DNA from: Azolla caroliniana
Taxonomy: Eukaryota; Plantae; Polypodiophyta
Direction of reading: 5' to 3'
Length of the DNA stretch: 64,000 nt
NCBI GenBank assembly: GCA_043228905.1
Contig: JBHGNT010000018.1
Coordinates: 12,710,001-12,774,000 of the forward strand
The notes beneath the pieces are model-generated. The model ran no database searches. It had not been told where the DNA came from and saw only the letters and a program-made list of their open reading frames with translations. The position numbers and the translations under genes are program-made. Shown here one piece after another: positions 33,605-46,032 of this stretch. The number at the start of each line of letters is the position of its first letter. Position 1 is the stretch's first letter.

Positions 33605-36426
33605 AAAACATAAACTATATTCGAAAAATTAACTCTAAAACTCTGTACATTGTATGTGATCAGTGAACACTTTTATACAAGTCCATACGGACTGACAAAA
33701 ATACGGTGTACTTCAATGCTCACACAAGCATCTGACACTAACTATGAGACTTAACTACCTAGTAGTCTAGGCTGCTACTAGGCTTCCGATTACTGATGGA
33801 TCCGACTAACTGGCTCCCTAGCTCACCAGCTCACTTGCTCACCAATCTGGCTCATCCTTCCGGATGCCGATCCAGCTCAAGCTTATTCAGCCGATCTAGA
33901 TTCGGTTGAGCTTGCCGCTCAACACTCCCCCTCAAGCTCAACTTGAGGTCGGATCATAGTGTCAGTCTCCATGGTAGCCGGTCCTTCCACCCGGCTCCTT
34001 CTGGTGTCACTCCGCCTCGCTCATGCTCCTAGTCTAGTCCGGTCCCGTTTGCCGCGACCCCATTTGGTTCTTTGCACCTCGACCTCCTCGGTCGGCTTGT
34101 CTGCTCAACAGACCCGATTCAGCTCCCTCACTGTTGTGACTTCGGTGCGTGCCGATTCGCTGATTCCTTCGTGTTGGCGTCGACTTTTGTTGCCTTGTCG
34201 TCCGCTTGGCCTTCATTTGATCCGGTTCTTCCGAATCCGTCTGTTGAACCGAATCGGCTGTCTCTGATTCGTTCCAGCTCCTGTCCGAATCGGTCGCTCC
34301 CGATTCGTCTTCCGGTTCCAGGCCCTTCACCACATCGGACCATGTCAGGGTCTTCGCCATCTTCTTCCAGTCGGCTCTATCCTTCTTGACTCTGTCGCTG
34401 CTGCCGCTTGTTCCGAGATGTTCGGATGTGTCAACTTCCTTTGTCGCCTCGGCTCTTCCCTCACCGATGCAATCGGCAGTTTCTTTGCCTTTGCCCGTTC
34501 CGGTGTCGTTGCCCGTTCTCCCCCTCAAGTGTGGCATGTCGAGATGCTGAACACCAAGCATTTCGGTGAAGTGCTGCAACTTGTCCGATCCGAGCGGTTT
34601 GGTGAAGATGTCCGTAACTTGCCGATCCGTATAAACATACCGAAGTTTGACTTCACCGCTCAGGACATGCTCACGCACGAAGTGGTAGTGCACTTCTATG
34701 TGCTTTGTGCGAGCATGGAATACGGGGTTCTTGGCGAGCTGCATGCTGCTTATGTTGTCGCAGTAGATCAGGATCGGGGTCGGCACCTCGATTCGTAGGT
34801 CTTGCAGCAGTCGCTGAAGACAAACGATTTCATAGGTGGCAACGGTAGCGCCCCGGTATTCAGCCTCAGTGCTCGAAAGGGCCACTGTTGGCTACTTTTT
34901 GCTGCTCCACGCAACAGCCGCGCTACCAAGGGAAAACATATAGCCGGAGGTGGATCGGCGATCCGATGCATCGCCAGCCCAGTCGGCATCGGTGTAGCCG
35001 ACTAGCTCTTCTATTATACGATGCCGGTATAAAAGTCCTTGTTCCTTCGTGCCGTCCACATATCGCAAATATTGATGCGCGCACAGAAGGTGCTCCACGG
35101 TCGGCTTCTGCATATATTGGTTGATCACGCCGACCGAATAACTGATGTCAGGTCAGGTGATTGTTAAATATATAAGGCTTCCAACGATTTGTCGGAACCG
35201 CTTCTCATCGTAGGCCAGTTCGGAGTTGGGAAGAAGCTTCTGGTTCCGGTCCAGGGGTGTGGAGATCGGGTGGCATTCCATCATGCCGAACTTATACAAC
35301 ATATTCAACACATAGTTTCTTTGTGAGAGCAATATGTTGTCGAGGGTTCGGATCACCTCGATCCCAAGGAAATAGTGAAGGTTTCCAAGATCCTTCATCT
35401 CAAATGCGTCCGACAACTGGGACTTGACTTAGCTGATTTCATCGAGTCCGGGTCCGGTGATGACTAGATCATCAACATACAATAGGATGCAAACCGAACT
35501 GTCCGAACCTTGCCAGATGAACAACGAAGAGTCAGACTTGGAGGCCGCAAACCCCATCTTACGCAACTCGTACGTGATCGTGGCATTCCAAGCTCGGGGG
35601 GCTTGCTTCAAGGCATAAAGTGAGTTCTTCAGTCAGCATACTGCCGACTTGTTCATCTCCGACTGGAACCCGGGGGGTTGGGTCATAAAGACCTCTTCTA
35701 CAAGATCACCTTAAAGAAATGCATTCTTCACGTCCATCTGGTGAAGATGCCACCCCCTTGCCGCAGCAACCGCCAGCACCACACGAACCGTCGTCATCTT
35801 CACTACAAGAGCGAAGGTCTCGTCATACTCGATTCCGTGGGTCTACACGTATCCCTTCGCCACTAACCGGGCCTTGTACCGATTAACCGAACCATCGACA
35901 TTGTACTTTACCTTGTACACCCACTTACATCTAATCGGTTTACAGTGTCGGGGAGGGTCAACTAGGTCCCATGTGTCGTTGGCATCAACTGCCCGCATTT
36001 CTTCCTCCATAGTGGCACGCCAATTTGCGTCCCCTTCCGTTTCTGCGTTGTCGCGTTGTTACGCGCGTGCGTGGAGAAAGGCGGGACCACGGGGGTCTTG
36101 GACTAGGGAGTGATGGGGCATAGGAAGTCGTGCTTCACTGTTTCTGGGGTATCCCGGGGACAGCCCGGAAGCTACCGAAGGGAGAGAGAGAGAGAGAGTG
36201 TGTGTTTAACACCGACTCACGCACACACACGCACACACAACCCGACCCGACTCACGCCCTTATGTACAGGAAACGCAGGAAAGGGGGAGCACCCGACACC
36301 AACAAAGACGCGGATTTACACAGACAGACGCAAAGGTATATATATATAAAGAATACATTCCCGGCTTCGAGCCGGTCCAAGGTAGGTTACAGTAGTCGTC
36401 AGCTGCCAAGCCGCCGTCGGGGAGCT

Positions 36427-36609
36427 TGTCGAATACAAGTGTATAATGGACGTATTCACACTATCCCTTTGTATAGATCAAGTTTGGGCCATTTGTGTAA
36501 TTAGCATAAATGGTAGATGCCCTAAGTCTGTCACTATATATAGTGACCTTGTAACCTTTTTGTAAGGTTGGGTTGTATTATTGCTTTATGGAATAGAAAG
36601 AGTCGTTTT

Positions 36610-36657
<48 letters not shown>

Positions 36658-39600
36658 GTGCAACGACCTAGAAACTGTCATACGCAGGTACAGAACAGAA
36701 TCGAATGCTTCTTGATCTTCCGCATAGACGACCTTGTCTCCAACATCTGGTATCAGAGCCTGCACAGTATTCGGTCCTTCAATCCGCTGTCGGACGTCGT
36801 CTCAGCCTGCACAGCATTCGGTTTCCTGCGTCATTCGAAGAAGAGAGAAGAAGAAGAAAAAAAAACGAGGCTTGCATCTCATCGCGTTAGATCATCTTCG
36901 CTTGGAGTAAGCCAGCCGGTTGTACTCTGTTTCTTGTGATCGTAACCGCTCGAGGTGAAATCCCCTTGTGCAACATTGACACGATCGTGCTCCACTCGGT
37001 TAAACGGCATCCGAAGAGGTCATCAAACGCTGCTCGCCGCTCATTGTAACCACTCGGTGCAGATCGGTCTCAAGACAACAACCCCAATTCGTGCTTTATC
37101 CGGCTGATCGACATTCGAGAGGATCAGTTGGATCCGTCTCTCTCGTCGCTGCAGTCACCCGAAGCAGAATCGGTCCAAACAATCGGATTCAATAATCGGT
37201 ATTTGGCATATATATTCGGAAGCGAACCGGGCTCACTCCGACTCGGCAACATTCGGGAAGACCAGTCGGTTCTGTCCCTCAAGTTACCGGAGTCAATTCG
37301 AGCAAGTTCAACAATACATATATCCGAAGCCGAACCGACTCGGGTTCAAATCCGACTAGAACGATACCGGGTGAGCCAACCGGCTGCACTCCAACAAGGT
37401 TCGTAGTCAACTCCGAACCGAGCTTCGTCAACCGAAACCAAATTTGATGGCATCAACATCCGGCTCGTCAGAAATGAGTCTACGAAAGTTCGATGGATCG
37501 AACTTCAACTTCTGGAAAGAGCAAATGCAGGACTATCTCATAGTCAAGGGGCAAATCGATCCCATCGAAAATGAAGAACCTCCAGAAGGATACAAACCAA
37601 TTGAGTGGCAGAAGCTGGACAGAATCGTCCGCGCCACGATTCGGATGCACCTATCGGAATCGGTATACTTTACGGTGCAATCGTGTACGACAGCTTTCGA
37701 ACTGTGGAAAACACTGTCGGACACCTACGAAAAGAAGGTCGCTGCAACGAAGATGTTTCTGATCCGGCGCCTCTACAACTTGCGGATGAAAGAATCCGAT
37801 TCGGTTCAAGCACATCTCAATGAGTACGAAAGCATAAGCTCCCAAATCTCGTCACAGGGGACGGCAATCGAGGATGAACTCAGAGCAATGATACTCATGA
37901 GCAGCCTTCCCTCATCGTGGGAAACTTTCGTCACAACCGTGTGCAACGCGTCAACCACGGCTGTTAAATACTCCGAAGTCACGAGCGCAATCCTGACCGA
38001 AGCAGCCCGGAGAAAGTCTTTCGCCAAAGACTCAACAGACGACGCTTACGTAGTACAAGGTTCGACAGACCGATCGAACATACGAGGAAGAGATTCCTCA
38101 CGGCCGCCGAACAATCAGCGAAGACGGAGCCAGTCACGGGATAATCGAATCTGCAACTATTGCAAGAAACCCGGACACATCAAAGCCGACTGCCGCGCAC
38201 TCAAGAACAAGAACGACAAGTCTCAGAGATCAGACAAGAAGAGTGGCCGGCATGAGGAGATCAATTACGTCAGCTTCTCAGCTGATGTGCTACCAAACGA
38301 CCCGAATATACTATCAATCGAAAATCCAGTCGGATCAGAAGTTCTGCTCACGACTGAAGAATCGAGCACATGGCTCTTAGATTCGGGCGCGTCATTTCAC
38401 GTGACTCCTCATCGATCCCAATTTCGGCAATATACGATCCGTCACTCCGACTCAGTTCGAGTCGGTAACTCGCAACACTGTGACATCATTGGAATCGGCA
38501 CAGTAGAGCTCAACCTTGCAGGTGGCTCTACACTTGTACTTCACAATGTCCGACATGTACCCGAGCTCTCAAGGCCATTGATCTCAGTCGGACAACTAGA
38601 TGAAGACGGCATTCGTGCCGGTTTTTCTTCGGGAGGGTGGACACTCCACAGGGGGAACCTCCTGCTTGCTAGAGGACCCAAGATACACTCACTGTATCCG
38701 TTACATGTTACGCTCAAAGAGGGTAACCTGTTTTTGGTGGATATTCCTGTGTCATCACTATGGCACAGAAGATTAGGACACCTCAGCAAGGCCGGCATTA
38801 CGCATCTATCTAGAGCCGGATACATCCCTAAACTCTCCTTCTCCGACCATCAATTCTGCGAGCATTGCCAGTATGGCAAACAAGCAGCCGCATCACACCC
38901 GACATCAGCACCAAGAGAAACGAGACCTCTCGATTTGGTCCACTCGGACGTCTGTGGCCCAATGCCGCATCAGTCTCTCGGCGGTGCCTCTTACTTCGTC
39001 AGTTTTATTGACGATTCGACTCGAAAGGTGTGGGCTTATCCAATTCGCACCAAACATCGTGTCTTCTCGATCTTCTCCGATTGGCTCGCTATGGTAGAAA
39101 ATCAAACCGACCGAAAACTGAAATGCTTTCGGACCGACAATGGGGGAGAGTTCAAATCAGAAGAATTCGTCAAATTCTGCCGACAACGCGGCATCCGACG
39201 TGAATTTACGGCACCACACAGTCCGGAGCAAAACGGGATTGCCGAACGCATGAATCGGACAATCCAAGAACGGATAGTTTCCATGCTCCAACACTCCGGA
39301 CTGTCAGATGGCTTCTGGGCAGAGGCTCTACTCACGGTAGTACACATAATCAATATGTCGCCAAGCAGACCTCTAGGACTTCAAATTCCTCAGGAACTAT
39401 GGATCGGCAGTAAGCCGAATTACGACACGCTGAGGATCTTCGGATGCGAGGCGTACGCCCTTATTCCGAAAGATGATCGCCGAAAACTTGCACCTCGGTC
39501 CAGGAAATGCATTTTCCTTGGATATGGATCCGACGGCGAAATGGGATACCGACTCTGGGATCCCGAACGCAGACAAATCGTCCGAAGTTCGGACGTTGTG

Positions 39601-41844
39601 TTCAACGAGTCGGCTATGAATCCATCAGTCAAAACACCGATCGAAGTACGAAGGGTAACATTTTCCGATGTGCCGACCCTTCAAGAAGGCCCCGCTCTTA
39701 ACACACGGTCAGCTTCACGGGTAGTTGAACCTTACACTACCGATTCGGACAACTCTGACTCGGCACAGCAGCTTTCGGACCATCCGACCTCGATACCCGA
39801 TGCGACTAGTCCAATCATACCTCGACGATCCGAGAGACTGTCGCAACCTCCGGAGACGTATTCTCCTGGAATTTTCTTCACCGACGCCGGCGAACCGACG
39901 TCTTACGAAGAAGCATCGACATCTGTCGATTCCGCCACCTGGCATCTGGCGATGGAGTCGGAAATGCACTCCATTCGGGCAAACAAGACTTGGGATCTGG
40001 TCGAATTACCTAGGAACCGACGTGCTCTTCCTTGCAAGTGGGTTTATCGACTAAAAGAGACGTCTGATTCGACCACCCCAAAGTACAAGGCCAGATTAGT
40101 TGCGAAGGGCTTCCGACAAGAATATGGCGTCGACTTCGACAAGATTTTTTCACCACTGGTGAAAATGACAACCCTTCGTTTTCTACTCGGCGTAGTGGCA
40201 GCCGACAACTTGGAGCTGATTCAGCTAGATGTCAAAACAGCATTCCTCCATGGTGATCTTGAAGAGGAAATTTATATGGAGCAGCCAAAAGGCTTCGTGG
40301 CAACTGGCCAAGAACATCTAGTCTGCCGACTCAGGAAGAGTCTATACGGCCTCAAACAGGCACCGCGACAATGGTACAAGAAGTTCGACGACTTCATCCA
40401 ATCGATCGGCTTCTCAAAAAGCGATGAGGACCATTGTTTTTTTACCAACACAGCTCAAGATGGATCACCCATCTTCCTCATCATTTACGTGGACGACATG
40501 CTAATTTCTGGACGCCACGCGGGCGAACTTGCCGATCTCATTCGGCAACTGCGGTTGAAGTTTGCCATGAAGGACCTCGGTCCGGCACGACACATACTTG
40601 GCATGAAGATTAGTCGGCATCGCGATCAACGACATCTTTTTTTGTCTCAGACCGACTATATCGGACGTGTCTTGGAACGCTTCAACATGCAATCAGCCAA
40701 ATCTGCTTCAACCCCGCTCCCCATGAATCTTCGGCTCTCTCAGCGAGACTGCCCGACATCCGGTCCGGAGGGGGAAGATATGAAGTCGGTACCGTATGCA
40801 CCGGCAGTCGGCTCCCTTATGTACCTGATGGTCGCGACACGGCCTGATATTTCTCATGCCGTAGGAGTCGTTAGCAGATTTATGCACAATCCTGGCCGAT
40901 CGCATTGGAACGCAGTCAAGCATGTGTTCAAATATCTGGCTGGCACAAAAGACCACGGCATTCTTTTCGGTCCGAAATCAACTACAGGCGTAGTCGGTTA
41001 CACCGACTCGGACTTCGCCGGCTGTATAGACAGTCGGAAATCAACAACTGGATACTGCTTCAAATTCGGCAATGGAGCAATTTCGTGGAAGTCGAAACTT
41101 CAGGAGTGCACAGCGACCTCAACGACCGAAGCAGAATATGTAGCTGCGTCCGACGCAGCAAAAGAAGCTTTGTGGCTCGGCCGGCTGGCGCACACGTTTC
41201 GACAAGTCGACCATGACTCGGCCCCAGTTGTCTATAGCGACAGTCAAGGTGCTGTTGCCTTGTCGAAAAATCCGGTTCACCACAACGCCTCCAAACATAT
41301 CGACGTTCGATATCACTTCGTTCGGGACTGCGTCATTTCAGGGAAAATCGGTCTAGAGAAAATATCCACAACCGACAATGTCGCAGATGGAATGACCAAG
41401 TGTCTTTCGGCAGACCGCTTTCGGTCCCTTCGGCATCAGATGGGCGTAACGACAAACCAGTCCGGTTAGAGCCGGACACATCGCAGGATGGTTTCCGACA
41501 ACCGACATCAGTTCCTTAATGATCGGCTTCAACTCTTCCGACCCGACCAGTTCGGTCTTCTGCCTTCGGACCCTGCCGACTCGAACAAAACTGATATGTC
41601 CGAGAACCTAGGTTTATGCCTGTAATCTTAGATAACCCATGTATACGCCCATTACGGGGGAGTGTCGAATACAAGTGTATAATGGACGTATTCACACTAT
41701 CCCTTTGTATAGATCAAGTTTGGGCCATTTGTGTAATTAGCATAAATGGTAGATGCCCTAAGTCTGTCACTATATATAGTGACCTTGTAACCTTTTTGTA
41801 AGGTTGGGTTGTATTATTGCTTTATGGAATAGAAAGAGTCGTTT

Positions 41845-41895
<51 letters not shown>

Positions 41896-41983
41896 GTGCA
41901 ACGACCTAGAAACTGTCATACGCAGGTACAGAACAGAATCGAATGCTTCTTGATCTTCCGCATAGACGACCTTGTCTCCAACA
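36427..41983 (+). mobile_element. Intact, very young Ty1/copia LTR retrotransposon (family C)
   Basis: LTRs 36427-36745 and 41663-41983 are near identical apart from the (CT)n tract and about one substitution. TSD GAGCT; PBS TGGTATCAGAGCC 36748-36760; PPT GGGGGAG before 41663. Confidence 0.97.
37447..41469 (+). CDS. Gag-Pol polyprotein (gag, CCHC, protease, integrase, RT, RNase H)
   Basis: Uninterrupted ORF of about 1340 aa: CNYCKKPGHIKADC, LDSGAS, HSDVCGP..TDNGGE..AERMN, YVDD, TDSD..EAEY..DSQGA..ADGMTK. Confidence 0.97.
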   Translation: MASTSGSSEMSLRKFDGSNFNFWKEQMQDYLIVKGQIDPIENEEPPEGYKPIEWQKLDRIVRATIRMHLSESVYFTVQSCTTAFELWKTLSDTYEKKVAATKMFLIRRLYNLRMKESDSVQAHLNEYESISSQISSQGTAIEDELRAMILMSSLPSSWETFVTTVCNASTTAVKYSEVTSAILTEAARRKSFAKDSTDDAYVVQGSTDRSNIRGRDSSRPPNNQRRRSQSRDNRICNYCKKPGHIKADCRALKNKNDKSQRSDKKSGRHEEINYVSFSADVLPNDPNILSIENPVGSEVLLTTEESSTWLLDSGASFHVTPHRSQFRQYTIRHSDSVRVGNSQHCDIIGIGTVELNLAGGSTLVLHNVRHVPELSRPLISVGQLDEDGIRAGFSSGGWTLHRGNLLLARGPKIHSLYPLHVTLKEGNLFLVDIPVSSLWHRRLGHLSKAGITHLSRAGYIPKLSFSDHQFCEHCQYGKQAAASHPTSAPRETRPLDLVHSDVCGPMPHQSLGGASYFVSFIDDSTRKVWAYPIRTKHRVFSIFSDWLAMVENQTDRKLKCFRTDNGGEFKSEEFVKFCRQRGIRREFTAPHSPEQNGIAERMNRTIQERIVSMLQHSGLSDGFWAEALLTVVHIINMSPSRPLGLQIPQELWIGSKPNYDTLRIFGCEAYALIPKDDRRKLAPRSRKCIFLGYGSDGEMGYRLWDPERRQIVRSSDVVFNESAMNPSVKTPIEVRRVTFSDVPTLQEGPALNTRSASRVVEPYTTDSDNSDSAQQLSDHPTSIPDATSPIIPRRSERLSQPPETYSPGIFFTDAGEPTSYEEASTSVDSATWHLAMESEMHSIRANKTWDLVELPRNRRALPCKWVYRLKETSDSTTPKYKARLVAKGFRQEYGVDFDKIFSPLVKMTTLRFLLGVVAADNLELIQLDVKTAFLHGDLEEEIYMEQPKGFVATGQEHLVCRLRKSLYGLKQAPRQWYKKFDDFIQSIGFSKSDEDHCFFTNTAQDGSPIFLIIYVDDMLISGRHAGELADLIRQLRLKFAMKDLGPARHILGMKISRHRDQRHLFLSQTDYIGRVLERFNMQSAKSASTPLPMNLRLSQRDCPTSGPEGEDMKSVPYAPAVGSLMYLMVATRPDISHAVGVVSRFMHNPGRSHWNAVKHVFKYLAGTKDHGILFGPKSTTGVVGYTDSDFAGCIDSRKSTTGYCFKFGNGAISWKSKLQECTATSTTEAEYVAASDAAKEALWLGRLAHTFRQVDHDSAPVVYSDSQGAVALSKNPVHHNASKHIDVRYHFVRDCVISGKIGLEKISTTDNVADGMTKCLSADRFRSLRHQMGVTTNQSG

Positions 41984-42869
41984 GAGCTCTCAGCTCGTCG
42001 CACCGAGCGGGGTCTTGCACAGGAGGCCGAACCAAAGCAAACCCTAAGCAAACACGAAGGGGGAGAAGAAGGAGAAGAAGAAACCTAACTCTAAACCTAA
42101 CAGTATACCCTCTAATGCAAAATGGGCAACCCCTACACAAAGGGTGTTCCCTTCCTTTTATAGAACAAGGAAAGGGATGCGTTACAATGTGGGACAAATC
42201 CCGACTTACATGGGATCGTCTGTCCTGACTTAACTACTCTTCAGTGCCATAAAGGCGGCCTCGTTATTCACACTAAATGTACATGGGTGCGTACACACGC
42301 TGCACCCCGCCGATGTAGCCAATGTTTCCCGGTTTCCGCCTCTGGCCGAAATTCTTCACGACAACGTAGCTCTCCGATTCACGCACTTGCGCCACCTTGG
42401 TCATGTACGCATAATGATGCGCCATGTATTCATTATACCCATACCGCGTAACTGGCTTCTTTAGGCGGGAAGACCTGCGTAACTTGGTATTACCCGGTTT
42501 GGAAACCTTCTTGGCCAAGTCGGACTTCGTTCTCGAAGATCCGCCTTCATCCTTTCTGGAGTCGGATATGCTCCAATCCGACTCATCGTTGCCGGTTTCG
42601 TATTCAGGCCTCTTCTTTTTTCCCTTTTCCTTGTGCGTGAACCGTCTCCTCGGTTCCTTGCGCGGGGAGAGCACAGTAGAGTCTCCACTACTCGCTGGTT
42701 CCTCATCCGACTGGTCATCCCGACTCAGCCGCTCATTTGGTCCACTTAACAGAAATGAGATCGGAGTGTCTTCTAGAGTGCCGAGGTCTTCATCTTCTAT
42801 CTGGGTGGTTCAGGCTCAGTAGCCTCATCCTCCGGCATCGGGCCGGGGTCGGAAGTCGGATCTAGTAAG

Positions 42870-44570
42870 TATCAAGAATAGTACTAAAGCAGAGATGGAA
42901 TTAGTACTAAGAAGAACAGTACTATTAGTACTAAGAGGAAGGGATTGCGTAAGATTCCCGAGAGAGAGGAAGTGAGAAGAGGAGAGAGAGAGATAGGATG
43001 ATGACAACAGCTCTTATATTATATGAAAGATAAGTACAAATCGACTAAGAGGCTTAAGACTGGTGTTGAACCAATTTGGTTCAAAACAATGCATTGTGCC
43101 TCCTTTTATAGTGTTTTTAGGAATAATCCTGAAGCTTCTAGAATGTTCTAGAGAGATCTGGAATATACATTAATTTTCTATGATAAAGTATAAATAAAAA
43201 TAATATCCTATAAATTACAATTCATAGTCCAATGGTAAGAGCTCGACCCATGTAGCATAAGGTCATGGGGTCGAGTCTTGCCATATCATGACACTATCTC
43301 CCCCTTAAAGACGACGAGTGGAACGAGTCGGCGCTAATTGCGGACCGGGTTTGTCCGAATACTTTCGGTGAAAATCAGCAAGAAGATCCTGTGCATTGGC
43401 AACATGCTCGACGGGTTCCCAAGTACGTTCGCTCGGACTATAACCGAGCCAATCGACCAAGTAATAAAGTTTGTTGCGAACAAATTTGGAATCGAGGATG
43501 GCAACAACTTCATACTCCGGGCCGGCGTCCAACTCCAGCGGGGGCGGTGGTGGTGTCACACGATCGGGAATGGTGTTTGCTTTATAAGGTTCAAGAAGAG
43601 AACAATGGAAAACTGGATGTATCTGAAGCTGCGGAAGGTGAGATCATTAATCTTACCCATAATACGGAAGGGACCGAGTCGTCGATAATCCAACTTGTCG
43701 CATGGTCGAGTAGTCTTGATGTGATGACGTAAGAGCCATACTCGATCTCCGATGGCAAAAGAGGAGGGAATCCAATGACGATCCGCATAAGTCTTCTGTG
43801 TGTGTTGAGCATGACGAAGGTGAGTAGAGAGATCCATCTGGATCTTGCGTAGCCTCTCCAAATGATCCTCGGCACGAGGGTTGGTAGGTAGCTCCGGAGT
43901 GTCGATCACTGACCAGCGAGGATGGAAACCGGTATAAGCGAAAAATGGGGAGACCCGAGTCGAGGAGTGAATAGCATTATTATACGCAAACTCCGCAAAG
44001 TGGAGAATCTCGGCCCAATCGTCCTGTTGATAACTCAGGAAACACCGGAGATATTGCTCCAACATTTGGTTTGTTCGTTCCGCCTGCCCGTCGGTCTGAG
44101 GATGGTAGCCGGAGGAGAGGTTGCAGGAGACCTTGAGCATCTTGAAGAGATGCTGCCAAAATTTGGAGACAAATTACGGGCCTCGGTCACTGATAATACT
44201 GTCTGGGAGGCCATGATGCCGAAATACCTCACGCATAACAAGAGCGGCGGTTTCCTCGCTAGTGATGGCTTTAGTACACGGTACAAAATGTGCCATCTTC
44301 GTGTATCGATCGACGACGGTTAGGATAGCATCGAACCCCTTCGAGACCGGCAGATCTATGATAAAATCAAGACAAATAGACTGCCACGGCTTACTTGGAA
44401 TTGGTAAGGGTTCCAACAAGCCATATGGATGGTGTCGTGGCATCTTTGCTCGGCAGCAAGCATCACAGGTCCGAACGTAGTCGTCGACAAAACGGCGCAT
44501 GTGGGGCCACCAAAAAGATCGTTGCACTAGCTCCAACGTCTTAGTACTACCGAAATGTCCCACCGTATTC
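42870..44570 (-). mobile_element. Chromovirus 3' fragment (integrase, chromodomain, PPT, 3' LTR 42870-43293)
   Basis: ORFs 44174..44575, 43556..44140 and 43305..43559 (YEVVAILDS..YLVDWLGY..WEP). PPT 43294-43306. Confidence 0.9.
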
Positions 44571-44748
44571 CTCATAGTGATCTTGTTTGGAGTTCAATGA
44601 ACTCCCGTGGTTTTCCCCGATTAGGGTTTCCACGTTAATATCCCGTCTCGTCTTGTTTTGACTGTGTAAGTGCATTCATCCTTATTTTATTTCTGTTTCT
44701 TCCATTGAGTGATTAAGACTTGGTTGTGGCCGAGCACAATTTCGGACA
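44570..44748 (+). repeat. Partial LTR (U5 end) related to the copia B LTR
   Basis: Shares CATAGTGAT, CCGTGGTTTT..GGGTTTCCACGT and GGTTGTGGCCGAGC motifs with 51780-51960; ends ..GACA. Confidence 0.65.
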
Positions 44749-45620
44749 TTATATTGAGGTCCTAAACCCCTTAAAAATACTTCTACTTTATCATCATCTT
44801 CTATCTTCACATTAATTGATGCAAGTGACTCACATATGCTCTTTATTTTCAGAGCATACTCATTGACTGACATTTTGCATTTTTCCAATGTGTTCAGTTC
44901 AGTTTTCAACTTAAGTTTTCTTGCCTTTGTATTTACTGAACTGTTCCTAGTTTCCTTTGGGAGTAGAGCATCTTGTATATGTCCAAGCATCGAATCTAAG
45001 ATGCTAAGTGATAGCCAATGCAACACATTTCTTGTTCCTTAATTCCAATCTTTGTATGCCCTAATTTGTGTAGCACTTGCATTCTCTTCAAGGATCTCTG
45101 GAGCCTCTTCTAGGTCTCCTTCAATGTACTCCTAATACCCTTTTCCCATCAAGAAATTTGTCATTCTAAATTTCCATGCAAGGAAATTGTTTTTATCAAG
45201 TTTTTCTATAACTATTTGGCTTTCATTCTCAGTTACCATCTCTATTTTTTATTTCAGGGCTTTAGATGTGACTAAGATTAACCCTAAACTCTTATTCAGG
45301 TTAGCGAACAGAGTTTAGTTTTGTACTATTCTTCTCTAACACCAACTACGCTCTGATACCATGTTAAGAATGCGCTACGGCTATTCTTAGTGCAATAGCA
45401 GACACGTAATGGGCATGATCGTTTAGGGTTCAAGAGAGAAGGAAGGGGGGAGGAGACTCACCTCTATAGCAGCCCAAAAACCTTTTGTTTTCATTCCATA
45501 GAAAAGACTCTCTCGTACTATCTTTTTTACCTTAGTGTTGTTAGTGACTTACATATTCAGCTATTTAGTTGTGAATAGCTAAATAGTTGTTCACAACTAG
45601 TTTACCTATATTATCTAACA
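44749..45620 (-). mobile_element. 5' fragment of another copia element (LTR 45362-45620, PBS 45350-45361, gag start)
   Basis: GCTCTGATACCA next to a TG..CA LTR; gag-like ORF 44682..45026 (ARKLKLKTELN..LRGL). Confidence 0.78.
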
Positions 45621-46032
45621 TCATCATTACCATAGTTAATTGTTGGGAGACAGGTCCCTCCGGATGGGAAGGGAGAAGAACAGTGTTGATGAACAAACTC
45701 GGCCGAGGCCGAAACCGGATGACGAGTACCCAGTTACGGAGAGTCGGATGGTGCAGACCCGGACCTGTGAACCGGATGAGGAGTACCCAACTACGGAGAG
45801 CCAGATGGTGCAGACCCGGTGAGGAGTGCTCACCGGATGAAGAGACATATTCGTAAATATGTTTCTGAAGAGACATATTCGTAAACATCTTGTGTTACAC
45901 TCTTCTCTTCTTTGTGTCGTGCATTTATTTCCCGTTTTCTGTGTATGATTCTAAGCTCGGTTGTGGCCGAGCGTTGCGTATACGGAGTGTGCAGTTCCTG
46001 TCAAGTGGTATCAGAGCGAAACGACACAGAAA

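Larger units (their letters stand above)
36049..42363. mobile_element. Solo-LTR-like insert TGTCGCG...CACGACA (about 750 bp native), 4-bp TSD GCGT/ACGT, hosting the intact copia
   Basis: Flanks 36045-36048 and 42364-42367. The end GAAATTCTTCACGACA resembles the 12118-12909 end GAAAATCTTCACGACA. Confidence 0.8.
33482..42869 (-). mobile_element. Ty1/copia family A copy 2, 3' half (3' LTR, RNase H, RT), interrupted and 5'-truncated
   Basis: 3' LTR 33482-33924; PPT CTCCCCCTCAAG 33925-33936; RNase H/RT 34034-36048 resuming at 42368-42869, collinear with copy 1. Confidence 0.9.
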
